From contig DDZS01000019.1 of assembly GCA_002346425.1 (NCBI GenBank), positions 4,860-68,859 of the forward strand: a stretch of 64,000 nt of DNA, read 5' to 3'. The notes below the pieces were generated by a model. It did no database searches and was not told the DNA's origin. It saw only the letters and a list, made by a program, of their open reading frames with translations. Positions within the stretch are counted from its first letter, which is position 1, and each line of letters begins with the position of its first letter. The translations under genes and the position numbers were made by a program. The DNA is from Alphaproteobacteria bacterium UBA3002 (GTDB lineage: Bacteria > Pseudomonadota > Alphaproteobacteria > Rickettsiales > UBA3002). Below are positions 39,688-49,483 of the stretch, in pieces.

Positions 39688-40152
39688 TCAAACCAGTTGC
39701 CGCAATGCTTCGCCGGTGACCATTGCCGCGCTCATCGCTAAATTCAGTGAACGACCACCGCCCGGCATGGGGATGGTCAATCGGTGTTCGACACGCTGAT
39801 GCACCTCTTCCGGCACTCCGGCGCTTTCGCGTCCAAAAAGTAAAATGTCCTGAGCCGAGAAGGCGTGGGCGGTATAAGGGGTGTTACTTTTGGTAGTGAA
39901 TAAGAGTAACTGTTTTGCCTCACCTGTGGCATAGCGGCAAAATTCCTCCCAGCTCGCATGTTTGCTCAGTTGCACATTCGCCACATAATCCATGCCGACG
40001 CGTTTGATGCGCGCGTCATCTAGTGGAAAACCGCAGGGTTCGATAATGTGGAGCGCGAAACCGCTGCACGCACACAGCCGAATGATAGCGCCCAGATTCT
40101 GCGGAATATCGGGTTGATAAAGCGCAATGGCAGGCAAGGAAGACATGGGCAA
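39688..40152 (-). CDS. trmL: tRNA (cytidine/uridine-34 2'-O)-methyltransferase TrmL (SpoU family)
   Basis: 154 aa. [38 protein letters not shown]. Confidence 0.9.
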   Translation of the reverse strand: MPMSSLPAIALYQPDIPQNLGAIIRLCACSGFALHIIEPCGFPLDDARIKRVGMDYVANVQLSKHASWEEFCRYATGEAKQLLLFTTKSNTPYTAHAFSAQDILLFGRESAGVPEEVHQRVEHRLTIPMPGGGRSLNLAMSAAMVTGEALRQLV

Positions 40153-40261
40153 AGCTTTCAGTTATGCGTCAATTACGAGGGCTACACGGATTTTTGCTTC
40201 ACATTGGCAGACAAAAAATTTAAAACAAACGCAAAATAACAGGACGCAAGAAACGAAACCT

Positions 40262-40807
40262 ATGGCTACTGCACCTCAATCTTCTCATTCCCACCCGCAA
40301 GACGGTTCCAAGCGCGACTTTATTGTCCTCTCGGCAACCGCAATGGCAGGTGTTGGCGCGGCGGCGACCCTTTGGCCGTTCGTCGATAGTATGAACCCTT
40401 CCGCCGATGTACTGGCAATGGCGTCGATCGAGGTGAATCTCGCGCCGATCGCGGAGGGCCAGGAAATTAAAGTCATGTGGCGCGGGAAGCCGGTGTTTAT
40501 CCGTCACCGTACCGCGAAAGATATTGATGAAGCACGCGCCGTAGACGTGTCGACATTGGTCGATCCGCAAACGGACGAAGAGCGCGTGAAAGAAGGCCAT
40601 GAACAATGGCTGGTGATGGTCGGCGTATGTACGCATCTGGGTTGCGTACCGATCGGCAATCACTCGGGCGATTATGATGGCTGGTTCTGCCCGTGCCACT
40701 TCTCGCATTACGATACCGCTGGCCGCATTCGCAAAGGCCCGGCTCCCAAAAACCTGATCGTCCCGGAATATGCATTCCTGGCCGACGACCGGATCAAGTT
40801 AGGATAA
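40262..40807 (+). CDS. petA: ubiquinol-cytochrome c reductase Rieske iron-sulfur subunit
   Basis: ATG 40262 gives 181 aa. Tat-like SKRDFIV, box I CTHLGC, box [11 protein letters not shown] (Phe where Gly is usual), GRIRKGPAP. Confidence 0.92.
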   Translation: MATAPQSSHSHPQDGSKRDFIVLSATAMAGVGAAATLWPFVDSMNPSADVLAMASIEVNLAPIAEGQEIKVMWRGKPVFIRHRTAKDIDEARAVDVSTLVDPQTDEERVKEGHEQWLVMVGVCTHLGCVPIGNHSGDYDGWFCPCHFSHYDTAGRIRKGPAPKNLIVPEYAFLADDRIKLG

Positions 40808-40816
40808 TTCAGGCAT

Positions 40817-42286
40817 ATGGCATTACATCACAAATCTCCGTATAAAGGTGCACTGGGCTGGCTGGACGAGCGGCTGCCGATTTTCTTTGCGATCGACAAG
40901 GTCATCGGTTCGAAACACCCGACGCCGAAAAACCTCAACTATTTCTGGAACTTCGGTTCATTGGCGGGTCTGTGTCTGGTGATTCAGATTTTAACCGGGC
41001 TTTTTCTCGCGATGCATTACACCGCGCATGTGAATAGCGCGTTCAATTCGGTCGAGCATATCATGCGCGACGTGAATTTCGGCTGGCTGATCCGCTACAT
41101 GCATGCGGTTGGCGCGTCGATGTTCTTTATTGTGGTCTATATCCATATTTTTCGCGGGCTCTATTACGGGTCCTATAAATCGCCGCGTGAAGTGCTATGG
41201 GCGCTTGGGGTGATCATCCTACTGTTGATGATGGCCACCGCTTTCATGGGCTACGTCTTGCCTTGGGGGCAAATGAGCTTCTGGGGTGCGACGGTGATTA
41301 CCAACCTCTTTTCAGCGCTGCCGCTGGTCGGCGAGCCCATCGTAAACTGGTTGTGGGGCGGCTTCTCGGTCGATAACCCGACGCTCAACCGCTTCTTCGC
41401 GCTGCACTTCCTGATGCCATTTGTCATCGTCGGCGTGGTGATTTTACATATTCTTGCATTGAATGCGTTTGGATCGAACAATCCGAAAGGGATTGACGTA
41501 AAGGGTCCGCAGGATGTGATTCCGTTCCACCCCTACTATTCAATCAAAGACATGTTCGGAATCGGCGTATTCTTGCTGGTATTTGCGGGCTTCCTGTTTT
41601 TCGCACCGAATTATCTGGGCCACCCAGATAACTATATCGAAGCGAATCCGCTGGTAACGCCCTCGCATATCGTGCCGGAATGGTATTTCTTGCCCTTCTA
41701 TGCGATCCTGCGTGCGATTACTTTCCAGATTCCGCTTTATCTGATTGGAATTCCGTTGATGCTGGTGGGCATTATTGCCTGGAAACCGGCATTGCTCGGT
41801 AAATGCCAGACCTGCGTAGCGCCGCTGCAAAAACTGGGTACCACCGTGATTTCCTCTGCGATCATGCTGGGTGCCTTGCTGACGCTGGTCGGCCTGGCCG
41901 GTGTTGCCATCGACTCAAAATTAGGTGGCGTGCTTGCCATGTTCGGTGCGATTGCGGTGTTGTTTGCGATTCCGTGGCTGGATACCTCGCCGGTGCGCAG
42001 TACCAATTACCGTCCGCTCTATCGCTGGTTCTTCTGGATCTTCGCGGTGAATTCGGTGATTCTGGGCTATGCAGGTTCGCAGCCTGCCGATTGGGGCGTG
42101 TTGATCGACTTCCCGGATGGGATTAACCTGCATAACATTCCTGATATTACGATCACCTTGCTCGCGACCATTTATTACTTCGCGCATTTTCTGATCGTGC
42201 TGCCGGTCGTGGGTAAAATTGAGAAACCATTGCCGCTGCCAGAGAGTATTTCATCTCCCGTGCTGAAAGGAGCAAGCCATGCGTAA
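40817..42286 (+). CDS. petB: cytochrome b (bc1 complex), with an enlarged insertion after the PEWY region
   Basis: 489 aa. Heme-ligand His pairs in the B and D helices, [13 protein letters not shown]. About 65 aa lie between ILRAI and [12 protein letters not shown]. Confidence 0.95.
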   Translation: MALHHKSPYKGALGWLDERLPIFFAIDKVIGSKHPTPKNLNYFWNFGSLAGLCLVIQILTGLFLAMHYTAHVNSAFNSVEHIMRDVNFGWLIRYMHAVGASMFFIVVYIHIFRGLYYGSYKSPREVLWALGVIILLLMMATAFMGYVLPWGQMSFWGATVITNLFSALPLVGEPIVNWLWGGFSVDNPTLNRFFALHFLMPFVIVGVVILHILALNAFGSNNPKGIDVKGPQDVIPFHPYYSIKDMFGIGVFLLVFAGFLFFAPNYLGHPDNYIEANPLVTPSHIVPEWYFLPFYAILRAITFQIPLYLIGIPLMLVGIIAWKPALLGKCQTCVAPLQKLGTTVISSAIMLGALLTLVGLAGVAIDSKLGGVLAMFGAIAVLFAIPWLDTSPVRSTNYRPLYRWFFWIFAVNSVILGYAGSQPADWGVLIDFPDGINLHNIPDITITLLATIYYFAHFLIVLPVVGKIEKPLPLPESISSPVLKGASHA

Positions 42287-43046
42287 GCTACTCCTGAGCA
42301 TTTTATTCGCGTTTGGTCTGACAGTGGCAGCACATGCCGCGGGCGATCAGAAACACCCTAAACATGTGGACTGGGAATTCGACGGTATCTTTGGCACGGT
42401 AAATGAACAAGCCGCGCAACGTGGATTGCAGATTTACCGCGAAGTCTGCGCGAATTGTCACGGGCTAAGCCGCGTTCCGTTCCGCGAGCTAACCAAAATC
42501 GGCTTCAGTGAAAACGAAATCAAGGTTATGGCAGCGGAATATACTTTCCGTGATGGACCCAATGATGATGGCGAGATGTTCGACCGTCCTGGTTTGCCGA
42601 CCGATAAATTCCCGTCACCTTTCCCCAATGAGAAAGCCGCACGGGCAGCGAATAACGGTGCTTATCCTCCGGATTTGAGCCTGATGACAAAAGCGCGCCC
42701 GAATGGGGCGAACTATGTCTATTCGTTGATGACGGGGTATGATGAAGAATTGCCGGAAGATTCGCATATCCAGATCATGCCGGGCTCGTATTACAATCCG
42801 TATTTCCCGGGTGGTGTCATTGGTATGCCGCCGCAGTTACAGCCGGATCTGGTGACCTATCAGGATGGTACCGAAGCGACCAAAGAACAGTTAGCCTATG
42901 ACATTGTGAATTTCCTGCAATGGGCTGCAGAGCCGGAAATGGAAACGCGTAAGGAGATGGGCATTCGTGTGGTGCTCTTCCTACTCATTTTCACCGGCTT
43001 GTTCTTTGTCGCAATGAAACGCGTCTGGGCTAGCGTAAAGAAATAG
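42279..43046 (+). CDS. petC: cytochrome c1
   Basis: 255 aa. Signal peptide, heme site CANCH, PPDLSLM, C-terminal TM anchor. 8-nt overlap with petB. Confidence 0.93.
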   Translation: MRKLLLSILFAFGLTVAAHAAGDQKHPKHVDWEFDGIFGTVNEQAAQRGLQIYREVCANCHGLSRVPFRELTKIGFSENEIKVMAAEYTFRDGPNDDGEMFDRPGLPTDKFPSPFPNEKAARAANNGAYPPDLSLMTKARPNGANYVYSLMTGYDEELPEDSHIQIMPGSYYNPYFPGGVIGMPPQLQPDLVTYQDGTEATKEQLAYDIVNFLQWAAEPEMETRKEMGIRVVLFLLIFTGLFFVAMKRVWASVKK

Positions 43047-43116
43047 GATTTGAAGTTAGGCGCGGCTGCACAGCAATGCATATGAAGGACGATACTCCGA
43101 TGCATTCCGGTTACTT

Positions 43117-43902
43117 ATGCTAGACGCCCTGTTTCTCGGGATTCTCGAAGGACTCACCGAATTTCTGCCGATTTCTTCGACCGGGCATTTGATTCTGGCG
43201 ATCGACATGCTGCGGTTAAGTACACCGCCCGGCCATGTATTCGAAATCGTGATTCAGCTTGGTGCAATCCTCGCCATTTGCTGGCATTACCGCCTACGAT
43301 TGACGCAGGCGGTGGTGCACGCGCCGCACGACCCTATCCAGCGGCTCTTTATTCTGAACATCGTGATTGGCTTTTTGCCCGCGGCGGTGCTTGGAGTATT
43401 ACTCCATTCCTTCATTAAATCCATGTTGTTTAACCCGATGGTGGTGGCCTGCATGTTGATCATCGGTGGCATTGCCATCTTGCTGATCGAACGCTATCGC
43501 CCGGCGCCCGTAGTGCATGCGCCGGAAGAAATGAGCTGGAAAAAAGCCCTACAAATTGGCTTTTGTCAGGCACTGGCGATGATCCCCGGCACGTCGCGTT
43601 CCGGCGCAACGATCATGGGCGCTATGTTACTGAAAGTGGATCGCAAAACCGCGACCGAATTTTCGTTTTTTTTAGCCATCCCCACTATGCTTGGCGCGAC
43701 GGTCTATGACAGCTACAAAAATTGGGGCCTACTCAATGACGAGGCGTTGGGAATGATTGCGGTTGGCTTTATCGCTGCCTTTATCGCGGCCCTTATCGTG
43801 GTGCGCAGCATTCTGGCGTTTATTACCAAGCACGGCTTCGTACCTTTCGCTTGGTATCGCATTGCCTTAGGCAGCCTGATGCTAGCGCTGCTTCTGGCGT
43901 AA
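43117..43902 (+). CDS. uppP: undecaprenyl-diphosphate phosphatase
   Basis: 261 aa. EGLTEFLPISSTGHL, PGTSRSGATI. Confidence 0.95.
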   Translation: MLDALFLGILEGLTEFLPISSTGHLILAIDMLRLSTPPGHVFEIVIQLGAILAICWHYRLRLTQAVVHAPHDPIQRLFILNIVIGFLPAAVLGVLLHSFIKSMLFNPMVVACMLIIGGIAILLIERYRPAPVVHAPEEMSWKKALQIGFCQALAMIPGTSRSGATIMGAMLLKVDRKTATEFSFFLAIPTMLGATVYDSYKNWGLLNDEALGMIAVGFIAAFIAALIVVRSILAFITKHGFVPFAWYRIALGSLMLALLLA

Positions 43903-45429
43903 CAGCAGTTTCATATCGGCCGGGTCGATCACCCGCAGCAGCACACAGCCAAGAATAAAACTGATCAGGCCAGCGCTGATTAACAGGGTCAGGCCAATAA
44001 TCTCTTCCTGCGTATCGCCTTCCAGCCATGGCGCTAAAGGTTTCAAACAGAGTGCTAAGACCCCGCCCATCACTAAGACATTCAGTAGCTGTTTTCCTAA
44101 ATGCCGCCAGAGTGCGGGTGTAGGTTGAAACTGACCGCGTCGATGCAGAATCACCGCCATCGCGGCCACATTCACCCAACTGGCGACCGAGGTTGCCATG
44201 GCCAGCCCCACATGCTCGAAATACTGCATGAGTATCAGGTTGAGCCCTAAATTGATGCCAACGCAAACCAGCGCGATTTTGAACGGAGTTTTGGTATCTT
44301 CTGCAGCGAAAAATCCCGGGGCAAAGACTTTCACTAACAGAAACGCAGGTAGTCCGGCAGAATAGGCCATGAGTGCAGTATAAGTCGCCACGCGATCCTG
44401 CGGTGAAAACGCCCCATGTTCGTATAATACGCGCACCAGCGCCTCCGGAATAAGCATCAGTGCCACCGCACATGGAAGGCCCAACAATAACACCAGCTCA
44501 ATCGCACGATTTAAACTATGTGCAGCTCCGGCCTGATTCCCTGCTTTGATTTGTTTCGAGAGGCTGGGTAATAACGCAGTGCCAACGGCCACGCCAATCA
44601 CCCCAATCGGTAACTCATTCAGACGATCGGCATAATAGAGGTAGGAAACGCCTTCTGGAAACAGCGAAGCAAGCACTACATCGACCAGCAGATTTACCTG
44701 AGCAACGCCGGCTCCTAATGCGGCGGGGGCCATGATCCACATTAGCTTTTTGACCGGCGGCGTCAGGCGAGGCAGGCGCAAAGTGGGCAACGCATCGGCA
44801 CGATGGGCGAACCAGAGTAGCCATGCCAGCTGAATAAACCCCGCAGCAAACACACCCCAGGACAGCCCGAAGGCTACCGCTTCCGGCTCGCCTTTAGTCA
44901 AGAGGACGGCTGCGATCAGGCTGAAATTGAGCAAGACCGGCGCCATGGAGGCCGCAACGAATCGGCCCAAAGACTGGAGAATGCCCGCTAAGAGTGATAC
45001 AAGTGAGATTGTCAGGATATAGGGAAAACAAATCCGCGCCAGTTCGACGGTCAGGGCATATTTATCGGCGTCTTCGCTGAAACCGGGTGCAAAAAAGCGT
45101 AAGAACACAGGCATAAACACTAAAAACAGTGCATTTAGTACTAAAAGCACCGCTAAAAGTACCGATAATGCTTGAGATGCGAATGAAATAGCCTCTTTAT
45201 GACCTTCGGTCTCAAGTTTTCCGGCAAATTGCGGAACAAATGCCGCGTTGAATGCGCCTTCAGCAAAGAGGCGGCGGAAAAAATTGGGCAATTTAAATGC
45301 GACGAAAAAGGCATCCGAAAACCAGCTTGCCCCGAGCGTCGACGCAATAAGAATATCGCGGACGAAACCGAAGATGCGCGAGAGCAAGGTGCACAGACCG
45401 ATAATGGCGCTGGATCGCAGTAATGACAT
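43882..45429 (-). CDS. murJ: lipid II flippase MurJ
   Basis: The track ORF extends to 45750. ATG at 45429-45427 gives 515 aa starting MSLLRSSAIIGLCTLLSRIFGFVRDILIASTLGA, which is the canonical MurJ N-terminus. Confidence 0.9.
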   Translation of the reverse strand: MSLLRSSAIIGLCTLLSRIFGFVRDILIASTLGASWFSDAFFVAFKLPNFFRRLFAEGAFNAAFVPQFAGKLETEGHKEAISFASQALSVLLAVLLVLNALFLVFMPVFLRFFAPGFSEDADKYALTVELARICFPYILTISLVSLLAGILQSLGRFVAASMAPVLLNFSLIAAVLLTKGEPEAVAFGLSWGVFAAGFIQLAWLLWFAHRADALPTLRLPRLTPPVKKLMWIMAPAALGAGVAQVNLLVDVVLASLFPEGVSYLYYADRLNELPIGVIGVAVGTALLPSLSKQIKAGNQAGAAHSLNRAIELVLLLGLPCAVALMLIPEALVRVLYEHGAFSPQDRVATYTALMAYSAGLPAFLLVKVFAPGFFAAEDTKTPFKIALVCVGINLGLNLILMQYFEHVGLAMATSVASWVNVAAMAVILHRRGQFQPTPALWRHLGKQLLNVLVMGGVLALCLKPLAPWLEGDTQEEIIGLTLLISAGLISFILGCVLLRVIDPADMKLLLRQKQR

Positions 45430-45514
45430 ACCCGGCCTATAGCAGGGTCTCTGGCCTGTGTCATCTGTCCCGAGTTTCGTTGACTTGCGCCCAGCACTCA
45501 CGCATAAGGAAGGC

Positions 45515-46468
45515 ATGCTGATAGCATTACATATTATTGGTGGCCTATTGTTACTGGTAGCCGGTGGCGAGGGGCTGGTACGTGGCTCTGTCTCGATTGC
45601 CAAAAAAATGGGGATACCGGTGATTATCATCGGCTTGACCATTGTGTCGCTGGGGACTTCAGCCCCGGAAATGGTCATCAGCGTCTTATCGACCCTGGAT
45701 GGTAAACCCGACATTGCGATTGGTAATGTGATCGGCAGTAACATTGCCAATATTTTGTTGATCTTAGGGTTAACCGCACTGATTTATCCCGTCACAACCG
45801 ACCCGGACATTATCAAGCGCGATGGCATATTGATGGTGCTTGCCACGATTATCATGGTGATTTTTGCCGAGGGCGGCATCATCGGTCGATTCGAAGGCAT
45901 GATTCTACTAGCGATTACCGCGGGCTATCTGTTCAGCCTGTTTCGCCGCTCACGGCAATCCAATTCACAGGATGTGGTCGAAGAATTCGAAGAAGAAACC
46001 GCGTTTGAATATGAATGGCTGACCTCAATCATCCTGATTGTCGGAGGGATGGCAGCGCTGATTATCGGGGCGGAATTTATGGTAAACGGGGCCAGTGAAT
46101 TAGCCCGTATCTATGGCGCAAGTGAAGGCGTTATCGGCGTGACGATTGTTGCGATCGGCACTTCAGCACCCGAGCTGATGACGTGTTTAGTCGCCGCTTA
46201 CCGCAAACATTCGGATATTGCAGTGGGGAATGTGGTGGGCAGTAACTTCTTTAACATCACAGCGGTATTAGGGGTGGCTTCGACGACAGCGCCCATGACC
46301 GTGAGTCAGGAATTCTTACAAGTAGATATTTGGGTCATGGTTGTGGCTTCGACTCTGCTGGTGCCACTTATGCTCAGCGATAAAAAGGTCACCCGCACCG
46401 AAGGCGGCATCATGGTGTTCTGGTATGTGGCCTATCTGATTTACCAATATATGAAAGTGACTGGTTAA
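45515..46468 (+). CDS. CaCA family sodium/calcium antiporter (YrbG-like)
   Basis: ATG 45515 follows SD AAGGAAGG and gives 317 aa. Two alpha-repeats: GTSAPEMVISV...GNVIGSNIANILLILG and GTSAPELMTCL...GNVVGSNFFNI. Confidence 0.88.
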   Translation: MLIALHIIGGLLLLVAGGEGLVRGSVSIAKKMGIPVIIIGLTIVSLGTSAPEMVISVLSTLDGKPDIAIGNVIGSNIANILLILGLTALIYPVTTDPDIIKRDGILMVLATIIMVIFAEGGIIGRFEGMILLAITAGYLFSLFRRSRQSNSQDVVEEFEEETAFEYEWLTSIILIVGGMAALIIGAEFMVNGASELARIYGASEGVIGVTIVAIGTSAPELMTCLVAAYRKHSDIAVGNVVGSNFFNITAVLGVASTTAPMTVSQEFLQVDIWVMVVASTLLVPLMLSDKKVTRTEGGIMVFWYVAYLIYQYMKVTG

Positions 46469-47403
46469 TGCTTCCATTAAAATTGATTCCCGATGATACG
46501 CATATCCACTTTATCGCGCGCCGTTGGCTAGGGTTTGCGATTTCGCTGCTGATGATCGTTCTAACCATCGGTACGGTTGCAACGCGAGGCTTAAATCTAG
46601 GCATCGACTTTTCTGGTGGCATTCTGCTGGAAGTACGCGTCGAGGAAAGCGTGGATCTGGCCGACATGCGCCAGCTGTTTTCGGATACTTCGCGCTGGGG
46701 CGAGGTGTCGTTGCAGGATATTGGTGACAATGGCGATGTAATGATTCGCGTGCAAACCGCGGAGGATGAGGAACAATCGGAACGCGTGGCTGCGATTAAG
46801 CAGGTATTAAACGAGGCCTATCCCGATATTAGCTACCGCAAAATTGATTATGTTGGGCCGACCGTTGGTCGCGAATTGGTTGAATCCGGTATTATGGCGC
46901 TGGTAATCGCCATGGGGGCGATGATGCTCTACATCTGGTTCCGCTTTGAATGGCAATTTGGTTTAGGCGGCATCATTGCATTGATTCATGACGCGATTGT
47001 CATGCTAGGATTTTATGCCTTAACCGGATTTGATTTCGGCCTGACTTCTATTGCCGCGATACTGACCGTCATTGGCTATTCGATCAATGACTCGGTGGTA
47101 ATCTACGACCGGATTCGCGAAAACATGCGTCGGTATAAGAAAAAACCGGTGATCGAATTGCTTGATATCAGCATCAACCAAACCTTGTCGCGGACCATTG
47201 TCACGGCCTTTACCACCGTGCTCGCAGCCTTGGCGCTAGCCATTTTCGGTGGCGAAGTGTTGCGTGGTTTCAGCTATGCATTGGTCGTCGGCGTGATCGT
47301 TGGGACCTATTCGTCGATCTTTATTTCCGCGCCGATTTTAATGTATTTCGGCCTGCGTAGCGACAGCTTTGCAGTGGAAGAGCAGGACGCGGCGACCGCC
47401 TGA
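46468..47403 (+). CDS. secF: protein translocase subunit SecF
   Basis: 311 aa. GLNLGIDFSGG, INDSVVIYDRIREN. The start shares one nt with the antiporter stop. No secD is present in the window. Confidence 0.92.
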   Translation: MLPLKLIPDDTHIHFIARRWLGFAISLLMIVLTIGTVATRGLNLGIDFSGGILLEVRVEESVDLADMRQLFSDTSRWGEVSLQDIGDNGDVMIRVQTAEDEEQSERVAAIKQVLNEAYPDISYRKIDYVGPTVGRELVESGIMALVIAMGAMMLYIWFRFEWQFGLGGIIALIHDAIVMLGFYALTGFDFGLTSIAAILTVIGYSINDSVVIYDRIRENMRRYKKKPVIELLDISINQTLSRTIVTAFTTVLAALALAIFGGEVLRGFSYALVVGVIVGTYSSIFISAPILMYFGLRSDSFAVEEQDAATA

Positions 47404-48326
47404 TGCACCTGCTGCGTGATTACCGCGAACTGCCGGGTAACGCGCGTCACGCCGTCTTGGCTATCGGCAATTTCGATGGCTTGCATCGCGGGCATGCGCA
47501 AGTGCTACGGCATCTAAAAGAAAAAGCCCTCCAGTACCAAGCGCCAGCAATGGTGATGAGTTTTGAGCCGTTACCACGCCAGTATTTTCGTCCAGAAAAA
47601 CCGAATCTACGTATTCTGCCGCTGCATGAAAAATTGCGGCGTTTGCGCGATGAATTTGCCGTAGATGTGTGCCTGCTGCAGCGTTTTACTGCCGAATTTG
47701 CTAACCTGAGCGCCACAGCTTTTATGCAGCATGTGTTAGAAGAGGGGTTAAGCGCACGCTATGTGATCACGGGTGAAGAATTCCGCTTCGGTAAGGACCG
47801 GGTGGGCGATGTGGCGCTACTTCAGGAATGGTCCCAAGACAAAACGCATCTGGATTGTGAAGCGCTCCCCCTTACCAGCGATGGCGAGAAAATTAGCTCC
47901 ACCCGCGTGCGTGAAGCATTGTTACGCGGTGATATGCCCACGGTCGAGCATCTTTTGGGATACCCATATTATTGGTCGCGTCGGGTGGTGCATGGCAACA
48001 AGCGCGGCGTGGGCGCACCCACCGCGAATCTGTTGCCGCCGCCTACCTTGTTGCCCCGCCGCGGCGTCTATGCCATGCGTATCTGGGTGGACGAAACCCC
48101 CTATGCAGGGGTGGGTAATTTCGGGATTCAACCCAGCTTTGCCGAACAACAGGAGCGCTTGGAAGTGCATTTATTCGAATATCAGGGCGATCTGTATAGC
48201 AAGCGCATTACCGTTGAGTGGAAAGCCTTCTTGCGCGATGAACAGGCTTTCGCTACGACCGAGGCATTACGCGCGCAGATTGCAAAAGACAGCGCGCAAG
48301 CAAAGGAGATTGTCCATGCGAAGTAA
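47403..48326 (+). CDS. ribF: bifunctional riboflavin kinase / FAD synthetase
   Basis: 307 aa. AIGNFDGLHRGH, ISSTRVREAL, C-terminal kinase domain PTANL...GVYA. Confidence 0.93.
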   Translation: MHLLRDYRELPGNARHAVLAIGNFDGLHRGHAQVLRHLKEKALQYQAPAMVMSFEPLPRQYFRPEKPNLRILPLHEKLRRLRDEFAVDVCLLQRFTAEFANLSATAFMQHVLEEGLSARYVITGEEFRFGKDRVGDVALLQEWSQDKTHLDCEALPLTSDGEKISSTRVREALLRGDMPTVEHLLGYPYYWSRRVVHGNKRGVGAPTANLLPPPTLLPRRGVYAMRIWVDETPYAGVGNFGIQPSFAEQQERLEVHLFEYQGDLYSKRITVEWKAFLRDEQAFATTEALRAQIAKDSAQAKEIVHAK

Positions 48327-48804
48327 AACCATCGGGCTGAGCATCGCAGTAGTGGCATGCCTGATCGATCAGTTCCATAAACATGTCATGCTCTTTTGGG
48401 TCGATATGCCAAACCGCCCGCCCATTGAAGTAACCGACTTTTTTAATTTCGTGATGGTATGGAATCCCGGCGTCAGCTTTGGTCTTTTCCCAGCAAACTC
48501 ACCAGCGGGAATGTGGTTTTTAATCGCAGTCGCCGCGGGTATTTGCGCCGTTATGCTGGTGTGGTTATGGAAGAAACCTGATCGTCTGGTTTTAACGGGT
48601 ATCGGGCTAGTCATCGGCGGGGCGGTAGGTAATGTGATCGATCGCCTGCGCTTCGGCGCCGTGGCTGATTTTTTCGATTTTCATGTCGCGGGCTGGCATT
48701 ATCCCGCGTTTAATCTGGCGGATAGCTGGATTTTTATCGGCGTCATGCTGTTGTTGTGGGATAGTTTCCGAACGAAGAAAACTGCTGACAGCGACGCTGG
48801 CTAA
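48316..48804 (+). CDS. lspA: lipoprotein signal peptidase II
   Basis: ATG 48316 follows SD AAGGAG and gives 162 aa. NPGVSFG, GAVGNVIDRLRFGAVADF, FNLADS. The long track ORF 47773..48804 is an out-of-frame extension over ribF. Confidence 0.92.
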   Translation: MRSKTIGLSIAVVACLIDQFHKHVMLFWVDMPNRPPIEVTDFFNFVMVWNPGVSFGLFPANSPAGMWFLIAVAAGICAVMLVWLWKKPDRLVLTGIGLVIGGAVGNVIDRLRFGAVADFFDFHVAGWHYPAFNLADSWIFIGVMLLLWDSFRTKKTADSDAG

Positions 48805-48823
48805 GCTTGCTTTTCACGTGGCC

Positions 48824-49483
48824 ATGACTAAGCTAGCGCGCATGAGAGCGTTTGTTCCGGTTTTGATAGTGATGGTGCTGACGGCCTGCGGTAGTGGCGG
48901 CAATGTACGCCAGACGCTAGGGCTGAACAAATCCGCCCCCGATGAGTTTAAGGTTGTCTCACGCCCACCGCTCAGCGTCCCGCCGGAATTCTTTTTGGAA
49001 CCGCCTCGCCCCGGCGAACCGCCACGCGAAACGCAACGGGCGGAAGATCGCGCCGAAAGCCTGTTACTGCAGGACAGCGACTTGGAGCTGGATTTGAGCG
49101 GTGAATTGGGTAGTGAACTAGGTAGTCTGGATGGCTTTGAGATGAGCAGCGTCCCCACCGCGACCGACCCAGTCTTAACCAGTAGTGTTGGCTCCGTCGG
49201 TGAATCGCGTTTTTTGGAACGCATCGGTGCGGATGATGCCGATGATGAAATCCGGCTGAAATTAATTCAAGATCGCCAGAGCACTTCTGAGGAAGAAGAT
49301 ACGACGCAAAATGCCGTGCAGCGTTGGCTCGGTCTGGATGCCACCGACGACTCCGTAGTAAATCCTCAGGGCGAGGCAGAGCGCATCCGCGAGAAAATGG
49401 ATAAAGAAGAGACCATCAGCGGCGAAGACGCCGTCATTGATGATCCGAAAGAACGCAGTGTTATTGATCAGATATTTAATTAG
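48824..49483 (+). CDS. DUF3035-type lipoprotein
   Basis: ATG 48824 gives MTKLARMRAFVPVLIVMVLTAC (lipobox), followed by NKSAPDEFKVVSRPPLSVPPEF. 219 aa. Confidence 0.75.
   Translation: MTKLARMRAFVPVLIVMVLTACGSGGNVRQTLGLNKSAPDEFKVVSRPPLSVPPEFFLEPPRPGEPPRETQRAEDRAESLLLQDSDLELDLSGELGSELGSLDGFEMSSVPTATDPVLTSSVGSVGESRFLERIGADDADDEIRLKLIQDRQSTSEEEDTTQNAVQRWLGLDATDDSVVNPQGEAERIREKMDKEETISGEDAVIDDPKERSVIDQIFN

Noticed and set aside
45430-45750. N-terminal 107-aa extension of the murJ ORF. Similar over-long track ORFs occur at 29917..30093 (ccsA), 47773..48315 (lspA), 40127..40261 (petA) and 11983..12102 (yggS).
   Set aside because: In each case a downstream start reproduces the canonical family N-terminus or signal peptide. 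The extensions overlap neighbouring genes or have no homology-like features.
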